DNA from: Clostridia bacterium
GTDB lineage: Bacteria; Bacillota; Clostridia; TANB77; CAG-508
DNA: 64,000 nucleotides
Direction of reading: 5' to 3'
Assembly (NCBI GenBank): GCA_046964515.1
Contig: JBKUYM010000001.1
Location: 402,842 to 466,841, forward strand
Shown here: piece after piece, positions 21,046 to 31,155 of the stretch
Layout: each line of letters begins with the position of its first letter
Position numbering within the stretch: position 1 is the stretch's first letter
The notes under the pieces: model-generated
What the model saw: the letters and a program-made list of their open reading frames with translations, nothing else
The model's database searches: none
Told to the model about the DNA's origin: nothing
Made by a program: the position numbers and the translations under genes

Positions 21046-21942
21046 TTATTTCAAATTTTCCAAAGCAGCAATTCTATCTGCTGTAGAAGGATGGGTAGAC
21101 CATAAACTAGTTTTTTGCTTTTTCTTATCTGTACTTTGTTTAAAAGGACTAACGATATACATGTGAGCGGTAGAATTATTTGCGGTTTTTAATTGATGCG
21201 TGTCTTCTTCTAATTTTTGTAAAGCAGAAATTAATCCTTGCGGATTTCTAGTAAAACCAATAGCAGTAGCATCTGCTAAAAATTCTCTCCTACGAGAAAC
21301 AGATAATTTCATTAATTGTGCAAAAATAGGAGATAAGATAAGAAAAATTAGACCAACTAGCATAAAAATACCATTTCCACTGTCATTATTTTTACTACTG
21401 CGTCCACCCCATAGGAAGGTTCTTGTCATAATATCAGACAACATAACCACTAATCCTACCATAACCGTAATAATAGCAGATAATAGAATATCATAATTTT
21501 TAATGTGAGCTAATTCATGGGCAATAACGCCCTCTAGTTCATAATAGTCTAGCTTTTCTAATAAACCAGTTGTAACACAAATAACCGCATGTTCAGGATT
21601 ACGACCAGTAGCAAAAGCATTAGGCTGTGTATCTTCTACTACATATAATTTTGGTTTGAAAGACAAACCAGAAGACACCATTAAGGCATCTAAAATATTA
21701 ACTAATTTTTGATTTTCTTCATGGGTAGCAGGTCTTGCTTTATTTAAGGACAAGATAATACGGTCACTATAATAATAAGAAGACCACGATGTCAAAATAG
21801 AAAAGCCAAGTGCAATAACAATAGAAATAGGACCTAGGTCAAAGGCTATACAAATATAATATAAAATTAAAGTTAATACCAAAATAAAGATACTAACAAT
21901 GATACCTGTTTTTATTTTATTTCTTTTAATATCTTCAAACAT
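21046..21942 (-). CDS. htpX: M48-family zinc metalloprotease HtpX
   Basis: HELAHIKNYD HExxH motif. TM segments. The likely start MFEDIK is preceded by a TTAGGAGGC RBS; the longest ORF runs to 21987. Confidence 0.8.
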   Translation of the reverse strand: MFEDIKRNKIKTGIIVSIFILVLTLILYYICIAFDLGPISIVIALGFSILTSWSSYYYSDRIILSLNKARPATHEENQKLVNILDALMVSSGLSFKPKLYVVEDTQPNAFATGRNPEHAVICVTTGLLEKLDYYELEGVIAHELAHIKNYDILLSAIITVMVGLVVMLSDIMTRTFLWGGRSSKNNDSGNGIFMLVGLIFLILSPIFAQLMKLSVSRRREFLADATAIGFTRNPQGLISALQKLEEDTHQLKTANNSTAHMYIVSPFKQSTDKKKQKTSLWSTHPSTADRIAALENLK

Positions 21943-21997
21943 AAAGCCTCCTAAAAAACAAGACGGAAGAAAAAGCTTCCGTCTCATCTTAAGTATT

Positions 21998-22555
21998 TTA
22001 TTTATTAAAATCTACTTTTACATTCTTTTTAGCTTCTTCACTTTCTACTTCAAATAAAGTTTCTGGTTTAAAACTAAACATAGAAGCAACGAGGTTAGAA
22101 GGGAATAATTCTAATTTTGTGTTATACATGGTAACACTATCATTATAAAATTGTCTAGAGAAAGAAATTTTATTTTCGGTAGTTCTTAATTCTTCTTGCA
22201 ATTCAGAGAAATTTTGACTAGCTTTTAAATCAGGATAATTTTCTGAAACTGCCATAATTGTTTTTAAAGCACTAGATAATTGATTATCTAATTCTGCTTT
22301 TTGGGCAACTGTGTTAGCATTTGACCAAGAAGAACGAAGAGAAGTAACCTTTTCTAAAACATTTTGTTCATGTGCCATGTATCCTTTTACAGATTCTACT
22401 AAATTAGGAATTAGGTCAAACCTTCTTTGTAATTGTACATCTATTTGACTCCAAGCGTTTTTAACATTTTGTCTTTTAGCAACTAAACCATTATAGATAA
22501 CTACAAAGGCAATGACTAATAAAACAATAATACCAAGAATAATCCAAACGATCAT
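21998..22555 (-). CDS. lemA: LemA-family protein
   Basis: N-terminal TM plus the conserved LemA core ([22 protein letters not shown]). A hairpin terminator at 21965-21990 follows. AGGAGG RBS. Confidence 0.8.
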   Translation of the reverse strand: MIVWIILGIIVLLVIAFVVIYNGLVAKRQNVKNAWSQIDVQLQRRFDLIPNLVESVKGYMAHEQNVLEKVTSLRSSWSNANTVAQKAELDNQLSSALKTIMAVSENYPDLKASQNFSELQEELRTTENKISFSRQFYNDSVTMYNTKLELFPSNLVASMFSFKPETLFEVESEEAKKNVKVDFNK

Positions 22556-22843
22556 ATCTTTTAAATCCTCCTTTATTAAATTATATCCATCATATCACAA
22601 GATATGTGTTTATACAATATATAAATCATGAATATTTGATGAAAATATGATAAAAAAGAGTCATTTTTTTAGTACAAGCTGCATAGAATATAGTAAGCAT
22701 AAGGAATTTTAACAAAATCAACATAATGACAAAAGAGGAAAGGCGGACGTCTGTAAGAACAGGGAAAAAGAACCATAATTTGACACAAATTTAATTCAAT
22801 GTTATAATATAGACGTTGCAGAAATAAAAGGAGGTAACCTATT

Positions 22844-23836
22844 TTGATGAAAAAAGAGGATAAAGCATCGATATCCCTAATAAAAATATTAGGAATCAGC
22901 TTAATACTTATATTTCTAACAGGTATGGGTGTTATGGCATCAAGTGCTAAATTAACAAATGTAAAAATTGTACTTTCGAATGATTACGAAATGACGGTGT
23001 TAACATCTAAAACAAAAATAGCAGAAATTTTAGAGGAAAACCATATCGTTTTATTAGAAGATGAAGTGGTTTCTCCAGATAAAGAAGCCGAATTATCGGA
23101 TAATAAAACCATTATTATTACGAAAATAGATAATCAAAAACCAGAAATTGCACAAGCAGAAGAAGTGGTAAGTGCAGATAAAATTTTACAAGATTATAGC
23201 CCTATTACAGAAAAAGTAACTACACAACAAATTGTAATCCCATTTGAAACTATTACGAAAGAAGCAACCGGTTCTGGAACAAAACAAAATCATGTCGTTC
23301 AAAACGGTGTTAATGGATTAAAAGAAGTTACTTATAGAATTAAATATCAAAATGAAGTAGAGATAGAAAAAACGGAAATTGCTTCTAAAATTATAAAAGA
23401 ACCAATCAATAAAATTGTAGAAGTTCGAACTGTTCAAGTAACTTCTAGAGGAACACAGAGAGTCGCAACAGATAATCCAGCATTAACAGCTTCTTCTACA
23501 CTTGCAAAAAAAGTAGAAGGTATTACCCCAGTTGTAAAAACAATGAATACTTCTGCTTATGATGCTTGTATAAAATGTTGTGGTAAGACAAATGGAATTA
23601 CTTCATCAGGAGCAAAAGCATCTGCTTGGTATACAGTTGCTGCTGGAAAGGGATATAAAATAGGAACTGTTATTTATATTCCATATTTTAAAAATAAACC
23701 AAATGGTGGATGGTTTGTAGTACAAGATAGAGGTGGTGCTATATCAAACAATAAGATTGATATATTTATGTCCACACATAATGAATGTTTACAATTTGGT
23801 AGAAAAAGTTTGGAATGTTATGTATATGAGTTTTAA
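22844..23836 (+). CDS. Cell-wall-associated protein with a C-terminal 3D domain (YabE/YocH-like)
   Basis: N-terminal TM. G5-like middle region. C-terminal 3D domain (AYDACIKCCGKTNGITSSGAKA...DRGGAI..N.IDIFM). Confidence 0.7.
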   Translation: MMKKEDKASISLIKILGISLILIFLTGMGVMASSAKLTNVKIVLSNDYEMTVLTSKTKIAEILEENHIVLLEDEVVSPDKEAELSDNKTIIITKIDNQKPEIAQAEEVVSADKILQDYSPITEKVTTQQIVIPFETITKEATGSGTKQNHVVQNGVNGLKEVTYRIKYQNEVEIEKTEIASKIIKEPINKIVEVRTVQVTSRGTQRVATDNPALTASSTLAKKVEGITPVVKTMNTSAYDACIKCCGKTNGITSSGAKASAWYTVAAGKGYKIGTVIYIPYFKNKPNGGWFVVQDRGGAISNNKIDIFMSTHNECLQFGRKSLECYVYEF

Positions 23837-23931
23837 TAAGAAATAGGTCTTCTTTAGAAGACCTATTTTTATTCTTTACGAAATTAGAAAATTATGGTAT
23901 AATTACACAAAAAATAAGAAGGAGTTAGCCT

Positions 23932-24699
23932 ATGAAATTAGTATCTTGGAATGTTAATGGTTTACGAGCTGCTATTAATAAAGGATTTCAAGAATTTTTT
24001 TTAGAAGAACAAGCCGATATTTTTTGTATTCAAGAAACAAAAATGCAAGAAGAACAAGTAGACATTTCCATGCAACAAATTTTTAAAGGATATCATGCTT
24101 ATTGGAATAGTGCTTTTAAAAAGGGCTATTCTGGAACAGCAGTGTTTACAAAGAAGAAGCCAATAAAAGTAACTTATGGTTTGGGAATAGAAGAGCATGA
24201 TCAAGAAGGAAGAGTTATTACTTTAGAATACAAAGATTTTTATTTAGTAAATTGCTATACACCAAATTCTAAAAGGGAATTAGAAAGACTTTCTTATCGC
24301 ATGAAATGGGAAGATAGTATTAGAAGTTATCTATTAGAATTAAATCAGTATAAGCCTGTTATTTATTGTGGAGATTTTAATGTAGCTCATAAAGAAATAG
24401 ATTTAAAAAATCCAACAACAAACCACCATAATGCTGGATTTACAGATGAGGAAAGAGGAAAAATGACGGCATTACTCCAAGCTGGATTTACAGATACTTT
24501 TCGTTATTTGTATCCTGATAAAGAAAATTGTTACTCTTGGTGGTCTTACATGTTTCATGCAAGAGAGAAAAATGTAGGCTGGAGAATTGACTATTTTATT
24601 GTTTCTCAATCCATACAAGAAAAAATAAAAGAAAGTACAATATATACACAAGTAATGGGAAGTGATCATTGCCCAGTGGGTATACAGATAGAATTATAA
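23932..24699 (+). CDS. xth: Exodeoxyribonuclease III
   Basis: MKLVSWNVNGLRA start, the ...CIQETK... motif, SDHCPV C-terminus, 255 aa. Confidence 0.85.
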   Translation: MKLVSWNVNGLRAAINKGFQEFFLEEQADIFCIQETKMQEEQVDISMQQIFKGYHAYWNSAFKKGYSGTAVFTKKKPIKVTYGLGIEEHDQEGRVITLEYKDFYLVNCYTPNSKRELERLSYRMKWEDSIRSYLLELNQYKPVIYCGDFNVAHKEIDLKNPTTNHHNAGFTDEERGKMTALLQAGFTDTFRYLYPDKENCYSWWSYMFHAREKNVGWRIDYFIVSQSIQEKIKESTIYTQVMGSDHCPVGIQIEL

Positions 24700-24718
24700 G
24701 AAAGAAGTGTGTAAGAAC

Positions 24719-25855
24719 ATGGAAAAGAAGAAAAAAAATTGGACGAAATGGCTATATTGGTTTAGCTTTGCAGTAGCCGTAATTGTAGTATATAAAACTT
24801 TAGATAATTTAGGAGAAATTACCAGTTCTATAGGTAGTTTTTTAAATATTTTAATGCCGTTTTTTGTAGGCATTTTAATAGCCTATATATTATATTTACC
24901 ATGTAGAAAAATAGAAAGTGGATTGCAAAAGGTAAAAAAGGTAAAATGGATAAAAAAAGAAGCAAGGCCCATTAGTGTAATTCTAGTTTATATCATTGCT
25001 ATTTTGTTAGTAGTTTTACTATTTACATTTATTATTCCACCAGTTGTAAAAAGTGTTATTGATTTAGCGAATAATTTTCAAGGATATTATGACATGGCAA
25101 TCCATACCATTGAAAATATGCCGGAAGATTCTTTCTTGAAAAATGAAGTCATTATGCAAATAATAGATAGTGTGCAGAAAATTGACTTAAAAGGAATTCT
25201 AAATATAGAAATGTTAACACAATATGCACAAGGTGCTATTAGTTTTGCCAATGGAATTATTAATACTTTTGTAGCGATTATCGTATCCGCTTATATTTTA
25301 ATAGATAGAAGAGCAATTATCGGATTCTTTAAGAAGCTGGCAGGCGCTACATTAAAACCAAGAATGTATCAAAATATAGACAAATATTTTAATCGTTCTA
25401 ATACGATTTTCTTTAATTTTTTAGCAAGTCAATTTATAGATGCTATTGTGGTAGGAATTTTAACATCTGTTGGTATGTCTATATTGGGGGTTAAATATGC
25501 AGTATTATTAGGATTTATGATAGGATTATTTAACTTAATTCCGTATGTAGGTGCTATTATTGCTGTTGTGATTGCCACGATTATTACTTTCTTTACAGGT
25601 GGTTTGGAACAAGCTATATGGATGTTAGTAGTGGTAGTTATTTTACAACAAATTGATGCCAATATTATTAATCCAAGAATTGTGGGTAATTCTTTAAAAA
25701 TTAATCCATTATTGGTTATTTTTGCAATTACTATAGGAGGAGCTTACTTTGGAATGTTAGGTATTTTCTTATCTGTACCAGTTATTGCGGTTGTGAAGTT
25801 ATTATTAGATGATTTTATAGAGTATAGAAATAGGAAGCAAAAAATAGAAGAATAA
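24719..25855 (+). CDS. AI-2E family transporter (UPF0118)
   Basis: Eight-TM protein with the conserved NLIPYVGAIIA region. ATG at 24719; the ORF track begins at a GTG at 24707. Confidence 0.75.
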   Translation: MEKKKKNWTKWLYWFSFAVAVIVVYKTLDNLGEITSSIGSFLNILMPFFVGILIAYILYLPCRKIESGLQKVKKVKWIKKEARPISVILVYIIAILLVVLLFTFIIPPVVKSVIDLANNFQGYYDMAIHTIENMPEDSFLKNEVIMQIIDSVQKIDLKGILNIEMLTQYAQGAISFANGIINTFVAIIVSAYILIDRRAIIGFFKKLAGATLKPRMYQNIDKYFNRSNTIFFNFLASQFIDAIVVGILTSVGMSILGVKYAVLLGFMIGLFNLIPYVGAIIAVVIATIITFFTGGLEQAIWMLVVVVILQQIDANIINPRIVGNSLKINPLLVIFAITIGGAYFGMLGIFLSVPVIAVVKLLLDDFIEYRNRKQKIEE

Positions 25856-25895
25856 GGAATATAAAAATGTAATTTATAATATATAAAATGAATAA

Positions 25896-25950
25896 AAGCA
25901 GGAATAGACAATCTATCCTGTTTTATTTTTATGCAAACTTATGAATATAC
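25896..25950 (+). terminator. Intrinsic terminator plus copy B of the recurrent downstream motif
   Basis: Hairpin caggaataga...tctatcctg, then tttatttttATGCAAACTTATGAATATAcaagataaaaag. Confidence 0.5.
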
Positions 25951-26011
25951 AAGATAAAAAGAAACATTAAAGAAAAACAGGTTAATTTGTATAATAAGAT
26001 AAATAAGTATA

Positions 26012-26040
26012 TTGACTTTAACCAAAAGGTAATATAAAAT
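26012..26040 (+). promoter_or_regulatory. Conserved family promoter for P3 (TTGACT-17-TAAAAT, tTATAAAAT extended)
   Basis: tattgactttaaccaaaaggtaatataaaat. Near-identical modules lie upstream of P4, P5 and P6. Confidence 0.55.
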
Positions 26041-26106
26041 CTTTAAAGAAAAAAGATTAAAAATTAGAGAAATGGAAAACATAAGAAAAAGGAAAGGGAG
26101 AAAACC

Positions 26107-27831
26107 ATGAAAATAAAACAAAGAGGAATTACTTTAATAGCACTAGTTATTACGATTATTATATTAATTATTTTAGCAGGTGTTAGCATAAATATGGTGA
26201 TAGGAGATAATGGATTAATTCCTAAAGCAACACAGGCAAAAGAAAATATGCAAATAGCTTCAAATGAGGAAGAGGAACAATTAGCAAAATTAACAAATGA
26301 ATTATATAATCCTGAGCAAATAGAAATACGAAAAAATATGCCCAATTCCCCCAAATTAGCAGAAGGAATGCACGCGATTAAGTTTACAAATCCAACTGAA
26401 ATAGATAAAGGAAGAGTAGAAGATACCAATAGTAATGATAGTGACTGGTATAATTATGATGAAAAACGATGGGCTAATAGCCAGACAGAAGATGGAAGTA
26501 TGTGGGTATGGATACCCAGATATGCTTACAGAGTAAACAAAGATAATCAAACCTTTGATATAGTCTTTTTAATAGGAACAACGGATAATTATTATGATGA
26601 GAATGGAAACATACAAACCGCCAAAAGATGTAACAGTGTAGATGAAAATGTAGATACATCTACAGGATATACCGTACATCCAGCTTTTACAGATGAAACA
26701 ATGATAGGTTATAGAAATGGAGGATGGGATAAAGAAATAACAGGAATCTGGGTAGCTAAATTTGAGGCGGGATTTGCTGGTGGAAATAATTTAGCTACTG
26801 TTAAAGAAAGTAGTGTAAGTTATTCACAAAGTACATCTTATGTAGGAGCCGTAGAAAGAGGTCAAAGTAGTAATGGAAATGAAGCTGCTCGTAACTGGTT
26901 GGATGGCATTTATGGAAGTACGAAAACAGCTATAAAATATCCAACCTTCCAAGGAACTACCTACAGTATGAACTATGTTAATCATAATGATGCTTATAAT
27001 ATAGCTAAAGTTATGACAGAAAATGGGAACATATATGGATTAATAGAAAATACAGATTCCCACTTAATGAAAAATAGTGAATGGGGAGTAGTAGCTTACT
27101 TAAGCCAAAGTCAATATGGTTTAAATGGGAGTGATATTGCAATTAATAGTATTAGTTTGAACAGTGGAGGAGCAGCAAGAACGCAGACCGCAGGAAAAAC
27201 AGGAGTAGATAGTGTATATGCTGTAACAGGCTGTACAACAGGGACAAACAATGCAACAGAAAAAGTAACAACGATAGCCAATATTAATAGTACAACAGCT
27301 AACACAGCAGTAGATGGTGTGTACACCTGGAATCAGCTAAATGGAACAAAGGCAAGTAGTAGTGGAACGATTTATGGAATTTATGATTTAAGTGGAGGAA
27401 CTTGGGAAAGAATGGCATCCTATGTGGCTAATGGAAATGAAAACTTAAAAACTTATGGTTCTAGTATAGCTTATGATGGTTCTGTTTTAAAAACAACAAG
27501 TACAAAATATACAACCACTTATCCGTTTGACAGTACAACAGATAATACAGGTATAGTAAGTAATGATACAAATTTAAATACGGCAAGTGTCAATAATTAT
27601 AAGAAAAATACTTTAATTTATGGCGATGGCATCCGCGAGACTTCAGAGATTGGAATTGAAAGTACTAGTTGGTATGGTGGCTATTCACGTTACACAAGCA
27701 TGGCTGGCCCGTTTTCGTTTCGTGGTGGTAACTGGTGGAATGGTTCAAATGCTGGTTTATTTTGCTTTCATTGTCATGCTGGTGATAACAATTATTTTCA
27801 TGGATTCCGTGTGGTACTAGTCATGTCCTAG
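26107..27831 (+). CDS. Pilin-like N-terminus family protein P3 with an FGE-sulfatase (C-type-lectin-fold) C-terminal domain
   Basis: N-terminus MKIKQRG|ITLIALVITIIILIILAGVSINMVIGDNGLIPKATQAKEN. C-terminal motifs SEWGVVAY, GGTWER, RGGNWWNG...GFRVVL, which resemble the FGE-sulfatase/DUF323 signature RGGSW..R...GFR. Paralog of P5. Confidence 0.7.
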   Translation: MKIKQRGITLIALVITIIILIILAGVSINMVIGDNGLIPKATQAKENMQIASNEEEEQLAKLTNELYNPEQIEIRKNMPNSPKLAEGMHAIKFTNPTEIDKGRVEDTNSNDSDWYNYDEKRWANSQTEDGSMWVWIPRYAYRVNKDNQTFDIVFLIGTTDNYYDENGNIQTAKRCNSVDENVDTSTGYTVHPAFTDETMIGYRNGGWDKEITGIWVAKFEAGFAGGNNLATVKESSVSYSQSTSYVGAVERGQSSNGNEAARNWLDGIYGSTKTAIKYPTFQGTTYSMNYVNHNDAYNIAKVMTENGNIYGLIENTDSHLMKNSEWGVVAYLSQSQYGLNGSDIAINSISLNSGGAARTQTAGKTGVDSVYAVTGCTTGTNNATEKVTTIANINSTTANTAVDGVYTWNQLNGTKASSSGTIYGIYDLSGGTWERMASYVANGNENLKTYGSSIAYDGSVLKTTSTKYTTTYPFDSTTDNTGIVSNDTNLNTASVNNYKKNTLIYGDGIRETSEIGIESTSWYGGYSRYTSMAGPFSFRGGNWWNGSNAGLFCFHCHAGDNNYFHGFRVVLVMS

Positions 27832-27894
27832 TAATTTAAAAAATTATGGGAATAGAATAAGTGATAGACTTTAGACGTGTTTCAAATAAAAAAG

Positions 27895-27950
27895 CAAATT
27901 AGAAATAATAGAATTCTAGTTTGTTTTTTTATGCAAACTTGTGAATATTA
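27895..27950 (+). terminator. Intrinsic terminator plus copy C of the recurrent motif
   Basis: caaattagaa...ttctagtttg hairpin, then tttttttATGCAAACTTGTGAATATtag. Confidence 0.5.
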
Positions 27951-28299
27951 GAAGGCTATAGAATTAAATAATATGGAAAATGGAAATATAGATACAGATA
28001 ATGGAGAAGCTATTAAATTTAAAAAAAGTAATAGCTATAGCAGTTAAAAATGAAGCAGTCGGTTGCGACTATTGTGAATTTATTTTGTATAAATTATATT
28101 AGAATAGTATGAACAGTTTATAATATAAAAATAGAAAATCTTTTATTACAAAGGAAAGAGATTTTCTATTTTTTTTAGATGAAAATTTTTAAAAATAGAT
28201 ACGCAGATTTATAGAAGTTCATAAAACCTTAATGAATTGGCTATTTTTTTCTTAAGAAATATATGATATACTAAAGAACATAAGAAAGAGGGGAATCTT

Positions 28300-29007
28300 A
28301 TGTATAATATATTAATTTGTGATGATGATAAGGAAATTGTAAAAGCAATAGAAATCTATTTAAGTAAAGAGGGATACCATATTTTAAAAGCTTATAATGG
28401 AAAACAAGCGTTAGAAATTATGAAGGAACAAGAAATACATTTATTAATTTTAGATATTATGATGCCAGAAATGGATGGAATGACAGTAGCAAATCAGGTT
28501 AGAAAAAGTAGGAAAATACCAATTATCATGTTATCTGCAAAATCAGAAGATTATGATAAAATAGCAGGATTAAATGAAGGAGCAGATGACTATATAACAA
28601 AACCATTTAATCCATTAGAATTAATAGCAAGAGTAAATTCTCAAATTAGAAGATATACTTCTTTAGGTTCTATAGCACAAAATGAAAAAGAAAATCAAAA
28701 TATTTATCAAACAGGAGAATTACGCATAGATGATAATACAAAACAAGTAGTAATAGAAGGAAAAGAAATAAAATTAACACCAACAGAGTACAATATCTTG
28801 AAATTCCTTATAAAAAATAAAGGAAAAGTATATTCAATAGAGCAGATTTATGAAAATGTATGGGAAGATGAAGCTTATGGAGCAGAAAATCTAATAGCCG
28901 TACATATAAGACACATTAGAGAAAAGATAGAAATTAATCCAAGAGACCCAAAATATTTAAAAGTTATTTGGGGGATTGGCTATAAAATTGAAAAAATAGA
29001 GGAATAA
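28300..29007 (+). CDS. OmpR-family two-component response regulator
   Basis: Receiver domain (LICDDD..., D51-like LLILDIMMP, K at ITKPF). C-terminal winged-helix trans_reg_C (..YLKVIWGIGYKI). Confidence 0.85.
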   Translation: MYNILICDDDKEIVKAIEIYLSKEGYHILKAYNGKQALEIMKEQEIHLLILDIMMPEMDGMTVANQVRKSRKIPIIMLSAKSEDYDKIAGLNEGADDYITKPFNPLELIARVNSQIRRYTSLGSIAQNEKENQNIYQTGELRIDDNTKQVVIEGKEIKLTPTEYNILKFLIKNKGKVYSIEQIYENVWEDEAYGAENLIAVHIRHIREKIEINPRDPKYLKVIWGIGYKIEKIEE

Positions 29008-29046
29008 ATAGACTACAAGAGAAATAAAAAGAAGGAGGAAAAATAG

Positions 29047-31077
29047 ATGAAACGAATAAAAGAATCTGCTTTTTTAAAATTAGTATGCTATATAGCTATA
29101 CCTATTTTAGTACTAACACTTCTAATGAGCAGTGTATATCTTTCCTACCAAAGACAAAATGAAGATAATATGCAAGTAAAAGATTATTATCAAACAGATA
29201 CTTTTGTAAATCAATATTATATTGTATTACAAAACATTTATGATTATTTATTATACCCCATAGAAGAAGAAACCGAAAATGAAATCTCCTATTATTATTC
29301 TTACTTTTACGATTACTCTCTTATTAAAGATGGAGAAGAAAAAATATATTATCAAAATGGTGGAAGGATGGGGAATACCACAAAATATTTTGATTATGTT
29401 ATCATAGATAAACAAGAAAATACAATTTATATGAATTTAAGAAATGATGCCTATCAAGAAGAAATCGAAAATATAAAACAAAGACCATATCATTGGTATT
29501 ATGCAGGAACGGATATACAAACAGACATGGCCAAAATGACAGAGCAAAATTTGAAATATGACTATAGTTTAGAATCGATAGACAAGTTAAAAAATAATCG
29601 TTTTGATATCTATTTAGTTTTTAACCAAGATAAAGTAGAAAGTGGCAATGATATCTATATTCAAAAAGTTTTCTATGATTCTATGCTAACGCTAAAAAAT
29701 GTACCAATGTATTTAATTCCTATCTGTGTGGTTTTATTGTTAATAATGGGTATTTATCTTATATGGGCAATAGGTCATCAAAAAGGGATAAAAGGAATTG
29801 CTTTAAATTCTTTAGACAAAACACCTTATGAATTACTTTGCTTTATAGCTTTTTTAGTCTTATTTTTAGTAACAATGGTGGGTACGACATTAAGTAGTGT
29901 AACACGAAATTTCTTAACACTATCTTTTTGGACAATTGATTATTTTATAGGATATATTATCTGTGCAGTAATTGGCGTTACAACAATAAAAAGAATAAAA
30001 GCGAAAGTATTTTTTAGGGAACTATGGATTTCTAAAATAATGCGAAGCATTATAAGACAATGGAAAAAGATAGAAAAAGCATTTAGAGAGCATCCTGCAA
30101 CTACCAAAAAAGTTATCATTGTATATTGGGCGTTTATTTTGATTTCTGTTATTTTAATTGCTTTACAAGGAAGTTTCTTCATGTTTTTAGTCTTAATTGC
30201 TTTTTGGATATGGTGTTTTTACAAAATTTTTAAATATATGAAACACATCGGTCGTATAAAAGAATCTTTAAAAGAGATTTATGAAGGAAAAGAAAATGTA
30301 GTAATAGATACAGAAGACTTAGAAAAAGGCTTGAAAGAAATGGCGGAATATATCAATGATATAGCAAGAGGATTTTCTAATGCTATAGAAAAAAGTTTAA
30401 AAAGTGAAAGAATGAAAACAGAATTGATTACCAATGTATCTCATGATATTAAGACACCACTAACATCTATTATAAACTATGTAGATTTATTAAAAAAAGA
30501 AGAAATGCCAAATGATAGGGCAAGAGAATACTTGGAGGTATTGGATAATAAATCACAAAGACTAAAACGATTAACAGAAGATTTAGTAGAAGCATCAAAA
30601 GCTTCTTCTGGAAATATAAAATTAAATATAGAAAAATTAGATGTAAAAGAATTGATGAAACAAATTTCAGGGGAATTTGAAGATAAATTTCAAGAAAGAA
30701 AATTAGAATTGAATTTATCTGTGCCAGAAGAGGATTGCATAATACAAGCAGATAGTCGTTATTTATATAGAGTAATTGAGAATATGTATGCTAATGTTGT
30801 AAAATATGCTTTAGAAGCTTCTAGAGTTTATGTGGATATAAAATCTGAAGCAAATGTATTACAAATTCAAATTAAAAATGTTTCCAAAGAGAGACTAAAT
30901 ATTACAGCAGATGAATTAATGCAAAGATTTGTAAGAGGAGATAGTTCTAGAAATACAGAAGGAAGCGGTTTAGGACTTTCTATAGCACAAAGTTTAACAG
31001 AATTACAAAAAGGAAGGTTCCAAATCTATATAGATGGAGATTTATTTAAAGTGGTTATAACCTTTGATAAAAGCTAA
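29047..31077 (+). CDS. Sensor histidine kinase with a large N-terminal sensor and multi-TM region
   Basis: HisKA H-box SHDIKTPLTSI. HATPase_c N, G1 and G2 boxes (GSGLGLSIA). Directly downstream of the response regulator. Confidence 0.85.
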   Translation: MKRIKESAFLKLVCYIAIPILVLTLLMSSVYLSYQRQNEDNMQVKDYYQTDTFVNQYYIVLQNIYDYLLYPIEEETENEISYYYSYFYDYSLIKDGEEKIYYQNGGRMGNTTKYFDYVIIDKQENTIYMNLRNDAYQEEIENIKQRPYHWYYAGTDIQTDMAKMTEQNLKYDYSLESIDKLKNNRFDIYLVFNQDKVESGNDIYIQKVFYDSMLTLKNVPMYLIPICVVLLLIMGIYLIWAIGHQKGIKGIALNSLDKTPYELLCFIAFLVLFLVTMVGTTLSSVTRNFLTLSFWTIDYFIGYIICAVIGVTTIKRIKAKVFFRELWISKIMRSIIRQWKKIEKAFREHPATTKKVIIVYWAFILISVILIALQGSFFMFLVLIAFWIWCFYKIFKYMKHIGRIKESLKEIYEGKENVVIDTEDLEKGLKEMAEYINDIARGFSNAIEKSLKSERMKTELITNVSHDIKTPLTSIINYVDLLKKEEMPNDRAREYLEVLDNKSQRLKRLTEDLVEASKASSGNIKLNIEKLDVKELMKQISGEFEDKFQERKLELNLSVPEEDCIIQADSRYLYRVIENMYANVVKYALEASRVYVDIKSEANVLQIQIKNVSKERLNITADELMQRFVRGDSSRNTEGSGLGLSIAQSLTELQKGRFQIYIDGDLFKVVITFDKS

Positions 31078-31155
31078 TATAAAAAAGTGGTTAAAAGAAA
31101 TTAACAAATACGTATTTCTTTTAACCACTTTTTATAATTTATACAATCTAATAGA

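Noticed and set aside
26064-26659. Minus-strand ORFs (26064-26429, 26356-26550, 26474-26659) and the counterparts 35349-35810 and 35785-35976
   Set aside because: Antisense to the conserved pilin-like N-terminal coding region and its promoter in both paralogs. Hydrophobic artefact translations.
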